From: Paraspadella gotoi
Lineage: Eukaryota; Animalia; Chaetognatha
Length of the DNA: 64,000 bases
Direction: 5' to 3'
Assembly (NCBI GenBank): GCA_051294375.1
Contig: CM119263.1
Span: 28,557,280 to 28,621,279, forward strand
Below are positions 1 through 11,622 of the stretch, one piece after another; within the stretch, counting starts at the first letter, position 1, and every line of letters starts with the position of its first letter. A program made the translations under genes and the position numbers. The notes under the pieces were generated by a model. That model had not been told where the DNA came from. It saw only the letters and a program-made list of their open reading frames with translations, and made no database searches.

Positions 1-317
1 GGCTCCACACATCAAAAAGACGTTTTAACCAAAATCTTTCATAATCATTTTTGTCCCTAATCGCAAATTTAAATTCAAAACTGTGTATTGACCAATAAAG
101 TTAAACAATTTACAAAATGTGTTAACACAATAAAAATACTTTCTTCGTCCCCCCCAACCGCCAAGTCTCGAACCAACCCCCCAACCCACCTTCAACCACC
201 TTCCCCTTCTCAACCCCACCACCTTCATTTCTCTTCGCGCGATTCACGGATTCTTTGTCGGGCGATTAAATTTCCTCACGTTATTAATGGACGAAACGAG
301 GAACCGATAATTTCCGT

Positions 318-416
318 GTCGGTCGGCCAGGCGTCGGCCATGCGTCCGCCAGGCGTCGGCGAGGCGTCGGCCAGGCATCGGCCATGCGTCGGCCATGCGT
401 CGGCCATGCGTCGGGT
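318..416. repeat. 11-bp GC-rich minisatellite (GCGTCGGCCAK), about 8 copies
   Basis: Tandem gcgtcggccag/gcgtcggccat units read directly from the sequence. Confidence 0.85.
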
Positions 417-956
417 ACTTTTAATTCATTCCTCCCTCCCCTTTTCCTCCCAACCCAACTTCCCTCGTCGAAAAGAAAATTTACGATTTTCCGTTTTCCT
501 CCTTTTTTTTCCTTTTCCTTTTCTTTTTTTTTTTTTTTTTTTCTCTCTTTCCTTCCTTCTGTCATTGGTCGGAATTAACGATGAAAAAAAGGAAAAGGAA
601 ATTAGCAAAAAACATAATGTTTCTTTTTTTTGGGTTTTTTTTTTGGTGTGTTTGCAACTGATTTGTAAGTCATTCATTCTTGTATTTTGTTTCCTTTTTT
701 TTCTTTCTCTAGTAAACTTATTAAAATTGAAACAGGAAATTTTTATTTCTTGTTGAGAAAAGAGATGAGATATGCGAAATAACTGTCAAAAATAAGAACA
801 TATTAAGAAGATTGAATATTGAAATTTGTTTATTTTTTAATAAATTAGAAGAATTATCCGTCAGAAAAGGATTAACATATGCATTTTTAATTTTATTAGT
901 TTCGGTTACGTGTTGTTATAATTTTATAAGGTTGTGTACCTCGTAAAAAGACGGTT

Positions 957-988
<32 letters not shown>

Positions 989-2367
989 GTCCGCTCCTTC
1001 CTCTCCTTCTTTCTTCCGTCTCCTCTTCTAATCTCTCTCTCATCTCTCTCTCTCGTGCTCTCTCCTCTCTCTCTCTCTCTGCGCCTCTTTTTCGCTTTTT
1101 AATTGTCGGCGGCGACACAACTAAAGAGAGGCGTCGACTAATATTCTAGGCGAAGACAACGAAGAACGAATGAACCGACGACGACGGACGACGACGACGA
1201 CGAAATTGAACGAAGAATGACACGTCACTGAACGGACGAGGCGACGCAGTAATGACAAATGAACAACGATGACCAAGTAGTTGAAGATGACAAATTTTTT
1301 TTGGTTCGAAGAAAGTTCCGGTATGGCGCTAAAGTAATAAATAAATAAAGGTTTCATTTAAATTAATAATACCGGCATATGAATAAAATATTAAATGGCT
1401 TATTTAAATTTAATTGTGATGACCGGGGTTTACAATGTCAATAAAGGTTTATTAGCGGTTAGATAAGTGAAAGGCCAATAATTAGGATAGTAAGTCCAAG
1501 GACGTCGATGACAGAGGAATTCTGAAAAAAAGAATTGACAGACTTTACTGCCAATATAGCTGACAAAGGGCGGCGACAACGACAACGTGACGATCGCAAA
1601 ATCACGGATACGCCAACGATGACGACGACGACGACGAAACGCCAACGAAGACGACAACGAAGAAAGGGCGATCTTTTCCCTTAACTCGTCGTTGGGCGTC
1701 GCCTCGAATGTCGACGCTCGATTCGCACAGGAAACTTTGAAGTTTTATTTCGATCGCCAACGCGGAATTTTTTCTCTTTTAACTTTTATTTATCCTCTTT
1801 TTAAATTTTTTTTTTAGATCAGAAATTCGCTGAACGTCAAGAAGATGACGTCATGACGTAACGAACGGTCAAAAGTAACGAGGATTTCAGTCGCGGAGAG
1901 ACGGTAATCGTGTTGACGCGTCAAACGATATACTAATCCGTATTTTTCTTTTTATGGATTAAATAAAAAATAATATTTGAAAAAGGCTACACACGCACAT
2001 CGATAAGGGGCCAAAGGTAATTCAAAGAAAAAAACCTTTAAGAAAAGAAGTTTAACACTCGGGAGTGGATAAATATATCTTTTTTGCAATTTATTCAAGT
2101 AGTCAATATTTTGGTAAATGAAAATAAAAACAAAGAAGTTAAAGCTGAACATAAGCAGATTTACATTTACTTCTCGTTCACATCCTCCTTTTAATTCGTT
2201 CCAAGCCCCAACAAGCCCCAGCGATATCGTACAAAACAAATGAAAAAGAAAAGAAAAATAAACAAGGATAAAACGAAACAAAAAAAAAAAAAAAAGGAAA
2301 ATTAACATCAAATCGCCAACGAAACAGTTCCTCTCCCCGTTTGGATTAAAACCCCTCACCTAAAAAA

Positions 2368-5279
2368 ATGCCGCCTAACGGCGGGGCGCTGGAACAACCC
2401 GCGCCCAATACGAAGACCCCGCGGAAGAGAGTGAAACGGAATCAAGCCGGAAAAGTGAATGCGTCAATCATCGTCCCATCATTGTCATCATTTGGTCTTC
2501 ATCGACATTACTCGCCATGCTTCCTCTCTTGCTGCCCGCATTTGCTTGGGCGTCGGGGCAATGAACCGAAAGATGGAGACGACGGAAATCGGACGCGATT
2601 CTACGACGCCGATGGCCACGAGTCAGTTAGCAACGGGAATAAATAAATATACAAACGAACGAACGACAAAAATGTTGAAAGAGAGGAATAATCAAATTAA
2701 AAAACAAATTAAATGAAAAGCGCAAACAAAAAACAATATTTTTTGCGTTTATTATTGAGTTTCTTCGTATTATTAAAGAAAGTTAAGCTAATATAAACAA
2801 AATAAAGCCTATAAGAAAATAAACGCTTCCAAAAGTCAACATATTAGGATTAAGAACAAAATAAAACAATTAATATATCTCACCAAAAGCCAACTTGCTT
2901 TAGTTCTTACGATCTTTTCGTAATTTGTGTAATGTACTTATGAATAGTTCTTGAATATTACAAAACCGATTCTAATAAATATCCGCCGCCATTACAAGAT
3001 CACTAATTACGACGTGATCCGCTTGGAGCGCGAGAGTTGCAACGGATCGGACCTGCAGACGTCAAGGAGATGCTGGCGGCGATGCAGCGCAGCGTGCACC
3101 GCCTTTCCGCACCAGCGTCTCCGAGCGGCTATCCCTCGCTCAAGCAGTCGTCCACGGCGAACGAAAGTGAGTTCGACGAGACCAAAGGACGTCCAAGACC
3201 GTCGAGTCGGCCGTCGTCAAGATCCGCAACGAATCACTGGAGAAGCAGCTCCGACCACAACTCCTGGCAAGATGAAGAATCACGACGGAGACGTCGCAAG
3301 AACGCTGACCCGAGTTGGCGAATGAGCGTGGACGAGTTCGAGCGTGGCCGTGGAAAGATGGCCAAAGCCAATCACGAGCCTCAACGAAATGCTGGAGAAG
3401 TTGCGGCAGGGCAAGGTCCGCAAGCCCAACGACCCCAGTGGAAACGCGTTCAAGAGTTACAAGGACGTCTCCAAGCGGCTCGAACAAAGATCAACGACAC
3501 GGTTCTCCGTCGTCTCCAACAACGTCAAGGATGCGAGAACAAATCCAAAGCTCTGCTCAGGAGGTCGCTGGATCTGAACACCCAACTTGAAGACGCGAAC
3601 TTCAAGGACGTCAACGTCACTCTGGGCGACATGCAGAAGAAGTTGGAGGAGATGCAACAAGACGACCTCCAACATCACCTAATCGACGACGGATCCGCCG
3701 TCAAGAAGGCCTTCGACACCTACTTCAACAAACATCGTCTCAGAGTTGGACGAAAACGAGAAAAACGTCACGGAAAAAGTTGGAGGATGGCGACGTCGTT
3801 GCTCAAGACGGAGGTGGAGCAGCGAGACGTCCGTTTTGGTCAATCCTGGAGGATTCCTTCGATGTCCTTAACGGAAAATGAGTCTCAGGGACAAGTCTGT
3901 ACGAGTCTTGAGGCAAAAGAAGAACAACAAGACGCGTCCGAGGCTTATCAATGCGCGATTGCTACTTGGAGGCTCCTCCGGAAGCTCCTTCTCTCCTCCT
4001 CCTCTCGCACTTCCAGCAACTCTTCCTCTTCCACGAGCGGGGCGGAGGAAGTTCCCTCTTCTTCTTCTTCTCCTCCTCTCTTGGAGAGTCTCTACCCACT
4101 GGTTCCGCATCCCTTTCCCGCGCAATTATCTCATGGAGACGAAATTGGACGGCGTGAAGTGGAGTATCGAATCTGTGCCCGGATCATGGGGTGGTTTCTA
4201 TGCATCCGGGGATTGGGCAAGTGCTACGCAGTTATCAAGGTTCAACAAGAACTGGTTCTATCGGAAACGATTACTGGCAAGACAATGGGTAAGTTTTTGA
4301 ATTCGGGGAAAGAAAGTGGGAGATAGGTGGGAAGTAAGGACAATTTATAAGGGGTTTGATTTAGTGCATTTTGTTTTATGTATAAATTTTTACGTATTTA
4401 AATGAAAAGTTGTTTATTTATTTTTTTTAAAAAAGCTAACAAAGAATAGAATATAGAAAAAAGAAAGAGAGGAAAAAAAAAGAAAAAAAAAAAATAATAA
4501 AAAAGACATAAATAAAGACGCGAACAAGAAAGGAAAAAGAAAGTCTGAAAGAAGAAAGAGACAGAGAGAGACAGAAAAAATTCCCATTTTTTACCGCCCA
4601 CCATACAGGCGCGAGCCTGGTAATCCATCGAGTCAGCGGCCGAGAACGACCTTGGGTCACTCAAATCATCACTACGACTTGAACGTGAGCGTCGCTGGCA
4701 AATACTTTTGGATCGGCGGCCGGGAGACTCAGAACTTCAAGTGGGCGGCCGAGGGAAACACGCGCACCAAGGACAACCTCGCCGGGCCGAGCGCCGGAGC
4801 AGACCGGGCAGACGCGGGCAGACGAGTCAAACCAGTCAGACCAACCAGTCCAGACTAGCCAGACGCAGTCAAAGTGGTCAGACTAGCCAGAGTGGTCAGA
4901 CTAGCCATGACCAGTCAGAACAGCCAAACCAGTCAGAGCAGCCAGAGTCAGCAGTTCTAGCAGCAAAGTCTGGTACATCAGCAACGAAGCGGTTCAAACT
5001 CTGGCAGTTTTCTCCATTTTTGGCAAGCGGCGCAATAACGCAGCAGCAGCTCAAGCAGCAGCAGCAGTAGTAGTTCTATAAGGCAGCAGCAGGCACCAGC
5101 GGCGGCAACCCAGCAAACCGGCGGCTCCGCGGGGACGCAGACTTTCTCCAACATGGCCAGAGGACGGTTGAACTCTTGCCTTCGTGATCGACGTCCAGCA
5201 ACCGAAAGTGGCACTCACCTGGAAGTGCGACTGTTGTTCCTGTCACGGGATTCATTTGCGAGATTGAAACGCAGTTTAG
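2368..5279 (+). pseudogene. Frameshift-riddled mirror copy of the C-type lectin gene (more likely an uncorrected read than a true pseudogene)
   Basis: Fragments MPPNGGAL, LEDANFKDVNVTLGDMQKKLEE, WFRIPFPRNYLMETKLDGVKW and YFWIGGRETQNFKWAA occur in alternating frames and match 11623-14483(-). Confidence 0.8.
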
Positions 5280-6904
5280 TTTTTCTTTCTTTTTTTCTCT
5301 TAAAAATTAGTGAAAAATTAGCTGAAAATTAATATGTATTTTGTGACGGAGAAAGATAACTTTTTTTTTTTAGCGTTGTGCACTTTGGTTTCTGCTTAAA
5401 TTTTCGTTCTATTCTTTCATTTTTTAAAGAATAATCAATAAATTGTAATATTGAAAAAAAAAAAGCAGATCTCGAAATTGTAAATGTTTGATAAACTACC
5501 AAACGCTAACCTTTGAAGCATGATATTTTTTTTTCTTTATCGTTAAAATTGTAATTGTAAAAGAAACGATATTAAAATTACAGATTAGATAAGTTTACAA
5601 ACAGTTGTTTTCACTGGATGCCCGGGAATTCAGTCAATGCGTTAATTTCTTTGTTCAAAAAACTATATTTAAAAAGCCAAGCAGCTTTATTTCTTTTCAT
5701 TCCATTTATTTTTTGTAATTTCGATTAATTTTCTTTCTCTTTTTTCTCTCTTTTTATCATTCGTTTTTTTATTTCTAATTTAATTATATTCATTTCTATT
5801 CATGTTATACTCATTATCTTTCATTCCAAGTCAATTCTATTCATTTCTCTCTTCATTTCTCCTTCATTCCACATCATTCCTCTTCATTAACCGTTTAATC
5901 TCGTTCTCTACTCTTCCGAATTCGCGGTTCCAATTTTCTTCGCTAGCAGACGCCGTCTGCGCCCCCACCCCTACTACGGCCCGCCTCAAGGCTATCCCTG
6001 AGCTTTCAGACGAAGCTTGCCAAAGCGCACAGCTTTAGACGATAGCTTGCCAAAGGCCACAGCTTTGGACGAAAACCTTTGCTTTTTAATCTGTACTGTT
6101 TCGTACGAAGCTTGTCTTCCGATACACTCTGCCCGGCTTTTTGCCCCTTTCTACCAACGTCTGCTTGAGTAAGAAGAGTGTCATTCTAACTATTCAATTT
6201 TGGACATTTGTTTTTTTTCATCGTTAAATGAACGCTGCTTTGAATTAATCTAACATCAAAACTAAACTTCGTCATTCAACAACGCTCTGAGTCGCGCCAG
6301 GTAAAGTATTGCATGTACAAATAATAATTAAAATACATTAAAACTAACAAAACAACGTTAAGTCGTTCCGTCGGGGCGACGAGAACGATCGTTCATAAAT
6401 CGTTTCGTCGTCTTCGTCGTCGTCCTCGTCGTCTTCATCGTCGTCGGTATCGTCGTCCGGTCGTCGTCGTCGTCGTCGTCGTCTTCATCGTCGTCCTCTT
6501 CTCTCTCTTCCGTCTTAATCATTTGTTTTCGTCCCTTCGTCGACGCTAATCTCCTTTTTTCTCTCGCACTTGCTTTCCCGGTTTGACGTTGACGCTAATA
6601 CCGTTCGAGCGCGCACGTGCGAGCGTCGGTAGTTTTGAGTGGGCAGCGGCGGGAAACGTATCTGCTCTTCTGCGATGTTGCGAGGGACTGTGTATTTGCG
6701 AATATTGCAAATAGTTGCGAAAATGGAAGAAAGCAAAGATTAGTCTATTGGTTAAATAAAAGTGAAAAAAGGGGGCAAGAACAACCTGGTTGGGTCACAC
6801 CCGATGATATTGTTACCGGTTTGGGCTAAGGTATTGTCAAATTGATTAAATTGAGATTAAAAAAGAGTAAATATTGAATGTACCGAATCGAGAAACCGGG
6901 ATGG

Positions 6905-7650
6905 GGCGATGCGAATGAACGATGGCGATGACGATGGCGAGAACGACAGCGATGAACGATGGCGATGAATGATAGCGATACCGACGGGAATGAAACGCTT
7001 GCCAGATGAAGGACGGCGATGAATGATGGCGATGAACGGACGCGATGAAACGATGGGCGATGAACGACGGCGATGAACGATGGCGATGAACGAATGGCGA
7101 ATGAACGAGGCGATGAACGAGACGTGCCGCGATGAGAAACGATGGCCGATGAAGACGGGCGATTGAACGATGGCGATGAACGTTGGGCGATGAAACGATG
7201 GCGAATGACCGAGTGGCGATGAACGACGGCGATGCCGATGGCGATGGAACGAACGGGCGATGACCGATTGGCGATGAACGACGGCGATGAACGACATCGA
7301 ATGAACGATGGCGATGAACGCGGCGATGAACGATGGCGAATGAACGAACGGCGATGAACGACGGCGATGAACGATGGCGATGACCGATGGCGAATGAACG
7401 ACGGCGATGAACGGAGGGGGGGCGATGAAACGATGGGATGAACTATGGCGATGACGACAAGCGGATGAACGATGGCGATGAACGACGGGCGATGAACGAT
7501 GCGATGAAACGACAGTGATGAACTATGGCGATGAACGACACGATGAACGATGGCGATGATATGGCGATGAACGACGGCGATGAACAATTGCAGATGAAGG
7601 ACGGCGAATGAATGATGGCGTGAACGACGGCGATGAACGATTGCAGATGT
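6905..7650. repeat. 13-bp minisatellite (GGCGATGAACGAY)n, left-arm copy
   Basis: Dozens of tandem gatgaacgatggc/gatgaacgacggc units. Confidence 0.9.
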
Positions 7651-8783
7651 CCAAAGCCAACATTCTCCGCCTGTAAACGGCCTTAAGGTTGCGCGGGGGA
7701 AGACAATGGAAAAGGCGAGTTGGCCATGGAAAGCGATCGCGAAGAAAGAAGCGCGCCGGCGTTCACGCTTAGGCGCGCGGCAACGCAAGCTCGTAAAAGC
7801 GGAAAATGTTTTCAGCGGCCGAGACTTCGAGCTTCAATGACTCGGAAATCATCGAGAAATCTCATTCGACGCATTTTTATTAGCGACTCCTCTTGACTAC
7901 TATCTCTGTTCAGTCCTACAGCGCGCTGCTCTCTCTCTGCTGCTCTCGTCTCTCTCTCTGCTCCTCCTTCATTTTCCGGCCCACTGCCAGTATGGCAAAT
8001 GGAGCCTAACGAAAATATTTCCTTTTGACCAAATCAGTCGACGTCCTCATCGTCATTTTATTTTTGTTTCTTTTTGATTTATTTTTTTCCTTTTAACCTC
8101 ATATTTTTTACATTAACGTGCGCATCAATGCCATAAGATGGGGATGGGGATAGCGACGACGACGACGACGACGAGACGACGAACGAATACAGGGCCAAAA
8201 GACAACTTAACCGAAGGTCAAAAACAATTAGCTCGACAAGTTATTGCAGCGGAGGTCGTTCTTAATCTGATTGAAAAGAAGAACAGATCTCTATCGGGTG
8301 ATCAAACAACAAGATTATTTTCCTAGTTAAAAAAGATTTGAATTTTCTCTAATTGCGCTTTTTTTGTCTTATTTTTTCTTGTCGAAATAATATAGTCCTG
8401 AAGCTTTGATTTTTTTAAACTAATTAAATTAAGTTAATCTAATGTTTAAAAAGGATTAATTAAAATAATTTGAAAAAATCTTTTACAAAGTAAATACTGT
8501 CTAACTTCAAAAATTTCCCCTTTCCAAAAACNNNNNNNNNNNNNNNNNNNNNNNNNTAATTAGTTTAAAAAAATCAAAGCTGTCAGACTTATATCTTTCG
8601 ACAGAAAAAAAGACAAAAAAAGCGCAAATTAGGAAAATCAAATCTTTTTTAACTAGAAAATAATCTTGTTGTTGATCACCCGATAGAGATCTGTTCTTTT
8701 CAATCAGATAAGAACGACCTCCGCTGCATAACTGTCGAGCTAATTGTTTTTGACCTTCGGTTAAGTTGTCTTTGGCCTCGGTA

Positions 8784-8818
<35 letters not shown>

Positions 8819-8997
8819 TATCCCAATCCCCATCTTATGGCATTGATGCGCACGTTTAAGAAAAAATATGAGGTGTAAAATAGGAAAAAAATAAATCAAA
8901 AAGAAACAAAAAATAAAATGACGATGAGACGTCGACTGATTTGGTCAAAAGGAAATATTTTCGTTTTAGTCTCATTTGCATACTGCAGTGCGGAAAT

Positions 8998-9031
<34 letters not shown>

Positions 9032-9077
9032 GCGCGCTGTAGACTGACAGAGATAGAGTCAAGAGGAGTCGCTAATA

Positions 9078-9243
9078 AAAATGGCGTCGAATGAGATTCT
9101 CGATGATTTCCGAGTCATTGAAGCCTCGAGTCTCGGCGCTGAAAACCATTTTCCGTTTTACGAGCGGCGTTGCCGGCGCCCTAAGGTGAACGCCGGCGCG
9201 CTTCTTTTCTTCGCGATCGTTTCCATGGCAACTCGCCATTTTC
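9078..9243. promoter_or_regulatory. Promoter-like island with an RFX X-box and two YY1-type motifs
   Basis: GTTTCCATGGCAAC at 9219-9232 (one mismatch from the GTTGCCATGGCAAC palindrome), AAAATGGCG at ~9078-9086 and CGCCATTTT at ~9235-9243, in a CpG-rich context. Confidence 0.5.
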
Positions 9244-9307
9244 CATGTCTCCCCGCGCAACCTTAAGCCGTTTTACAGGCGGAGAATGTTGGCTTTGGAC
9301 ATCTGCA

Positions 9308-10055
9308 ATCGTTCATCGCCGTCGTTCATCTGCCATCATCATCGCCGTCATTCATCTGCAATTTGTTCATCCGCCCGTCGTGTCATCGCCACATTCCATC
9401 GCATCGTCATCGCTCGCATTGCCATACGTTCATACAACTGTCCGTTCACTCGACACCCGTTCTCGACCCGATCGTTCAATCTCGCAATCGCTTCATCTTC
9501 CGCTGTACGCGTTCATGGCGCCATACAAAGTCGCATCGAGCCATCCGAGTCTATATCGCCAATCAGTTCATGTACGCCGGTCGTCATCGCCTTACGGCAT
9601 CAGCCATCGCGTTCTCGCCGCTGCGTTCATTACCCGCTCGCATACGAGCCATCATGTTCATGATTCTCCCGCGTCGTTCTCAACGCCACATCCGTCATCG
9701 ATGTCGTCATCGCCATCGTTCATAACCCAAGTCGGTCATCGCCGTCGTATCACTCGCCACGGTCATCGCACATCAGTTACATGCGCACGGTCATACGCCA
9801 ATCGTCATCGCCGTCGTTCATCCATCGTCATTCGCGCCGTCGTCAATCGCGCGTTCATCCGCCAGTCGTCATCGCCATCGTCGTCATCGCCGTCGTTCAT
9901 CCGCCACGTTCATCGCCGTCGTTCACGCCATCATTAATCGCCGTCCTCATCTGCAATTCGTTCATCGCCGTCGTTCATCGCTACCATTCATCGACCATCC
10001 GTTCATCCGTGTCGTTCATCGCCATCGTTCATCGCCATCGTTCATCGCCATCGCC
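9308..10055. repeat. 13-bp minisatellite (TTCATCGCCRTCG)n, right-arm copy with a noisy centre
   Basis: Clean units at both ends (e.g. 10016-10053), with a degenerate middle. Confidence 0.85.
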
Positions 10056-10844
10056 CCATCCCGTTTCTCGATTCGGTACATCAATATTTACTCTTTTTTT
10101 AATCTCAATTTAATCAATTTGACAATACCTTAGCCCAACCGGTAACAATATCATCGGGTGTGACCCAACCAGTTTGTTCTTGCCCCCTTTTTTTCACTTT
10201 TATTAACCAATAGACGAATCTTGTTTCTTCCATTTTCGCAACTATTTGCAAATTCGCAAATAACAGTCCCTCTCATCATCGCAGAGGAGCAGATACGTTT
10301 CCCGCCGCTGCTCCACTCAACTACCGACGCTCGCAGGTGCGCGGCTCGAAACGGATTAGCGTCAACGTCAACCGGAAAGCAGGTGCGAGAGAAAAAAAGG
10401 AAATTAGCGTCGACGAAGGGACGAAAACAAATGATTAAGACGAGAAGAGAGAGAAGAGGACGACGATGAAGACGACGACGACGACGACGANNNNNNNNNN
10501 NNNNNNNACGACGACGAAGACGACGAAACGATTTATGACGATCGTTCTCGTCGCCCCGACGGAACGACTTAACGTTGTTTGTTAGTTTTAATGTATTTAA
10601 TTATTATTTGTACATGCAATACTTTACCTGGCGACTCAGAGGTTGTTGAATGACGAAGTTTTAGTTTTGATGTTAGATTAATTCAAGCAGCGTTCATTTA
10701 ACGATGAAAAAAAACAAATGTCCAAAAATGAATAGTTAGAATGACACTCTTCTTACTTCAAGCAGACGTTGGTAGAAAGGGGCAAAGCCGGAGAGTTGTT
10801 CGAAAGACAAGCTTCGTACGAAACAGTACAGATTAAAAGCAAGT

Positions 10845-10918
10845 TTCGTCCGAAAGCTGTGGCCTTTGGCAAGCTTCGTCTGAAAGCTGTGGCCTTTGGC
10901 AAGCTTCGTCGAAAGCTG
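10845..10918. repeat. 30-bp tandem repeat, about 2.5 copies (mirror at ~6002-6072)
   Basis: gaaagctgtggcctttggcaagcttcgtct repeated. Confidence 0.8.
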
Positions 10919-11622
10919 CAGGGTAGCCTGAGGGGGCAGTAGTAGGGGGGGGGCGAGACAGCGTCTGTAGCGAAGAAATTGAAACCGCGAATTCGGGAAG
11001 AGTAGGAACGAGATTAAAACCTTAATGAGAGGAATGATGTGGAATGAATGAGAAATGAACGAGAAATGAATAGAATTGACTTGGAATGAAGATAAATAGT
11101 CATAACATGAATAGAAATGAAATCAAATTAAATAGAAAAAAAAAAACGAAGAAGAATAAAAAAGAGAAGAAAAAGAAAGAGAAAAATTAACGAAATTAAA
11201 AAAAATAATGGAATGAAAAGAAATAAAGTGCTTGGTTTTTAATTATAGTTTTTGAACAAAGAAATTACGATTGACTGATCCCGGCATCCAGTGAAAACAA
11301 CTGTTGTAAAACTATTTTTCTTAATCTGTAATTTTAATATCGTTCTTTTACAATTAACAATTTTAACGATAAAGAAAAAAAAATATCATGCTTCAAAGTT
11401 AGCGTTTGTAGTTTATAAACATTTACAATTCGAGATCTGCTTTTTTTTTTCAATATTACAATTTATTGATTATTCTTTAAAAATGAAAGAATAAGAAACG
11501 AAAATTTAAGCAGAAACCCAAGTGCACAACGTAAAAAAAAAGTTATCTTCTCCGTCACCAAAATAATTATTAATTTTCAGCTATTTTTCACTAATTTTTA
11601 AGAGAAAAAAAAAGAAGAAAAA

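Noticed and set aside
3037-4326. 429-aa ORF as an independent gene
   Set aside because: It is a frame-hopping mosaic of the lectin exon 2 mirror copy.
6826-7788. 320-aa ORF (and mirror ORFs 9245-10113)
   Set aside because: Translation of a 13-bp minisatellite; the unit is not a multiple of 3 and cycles through frames.
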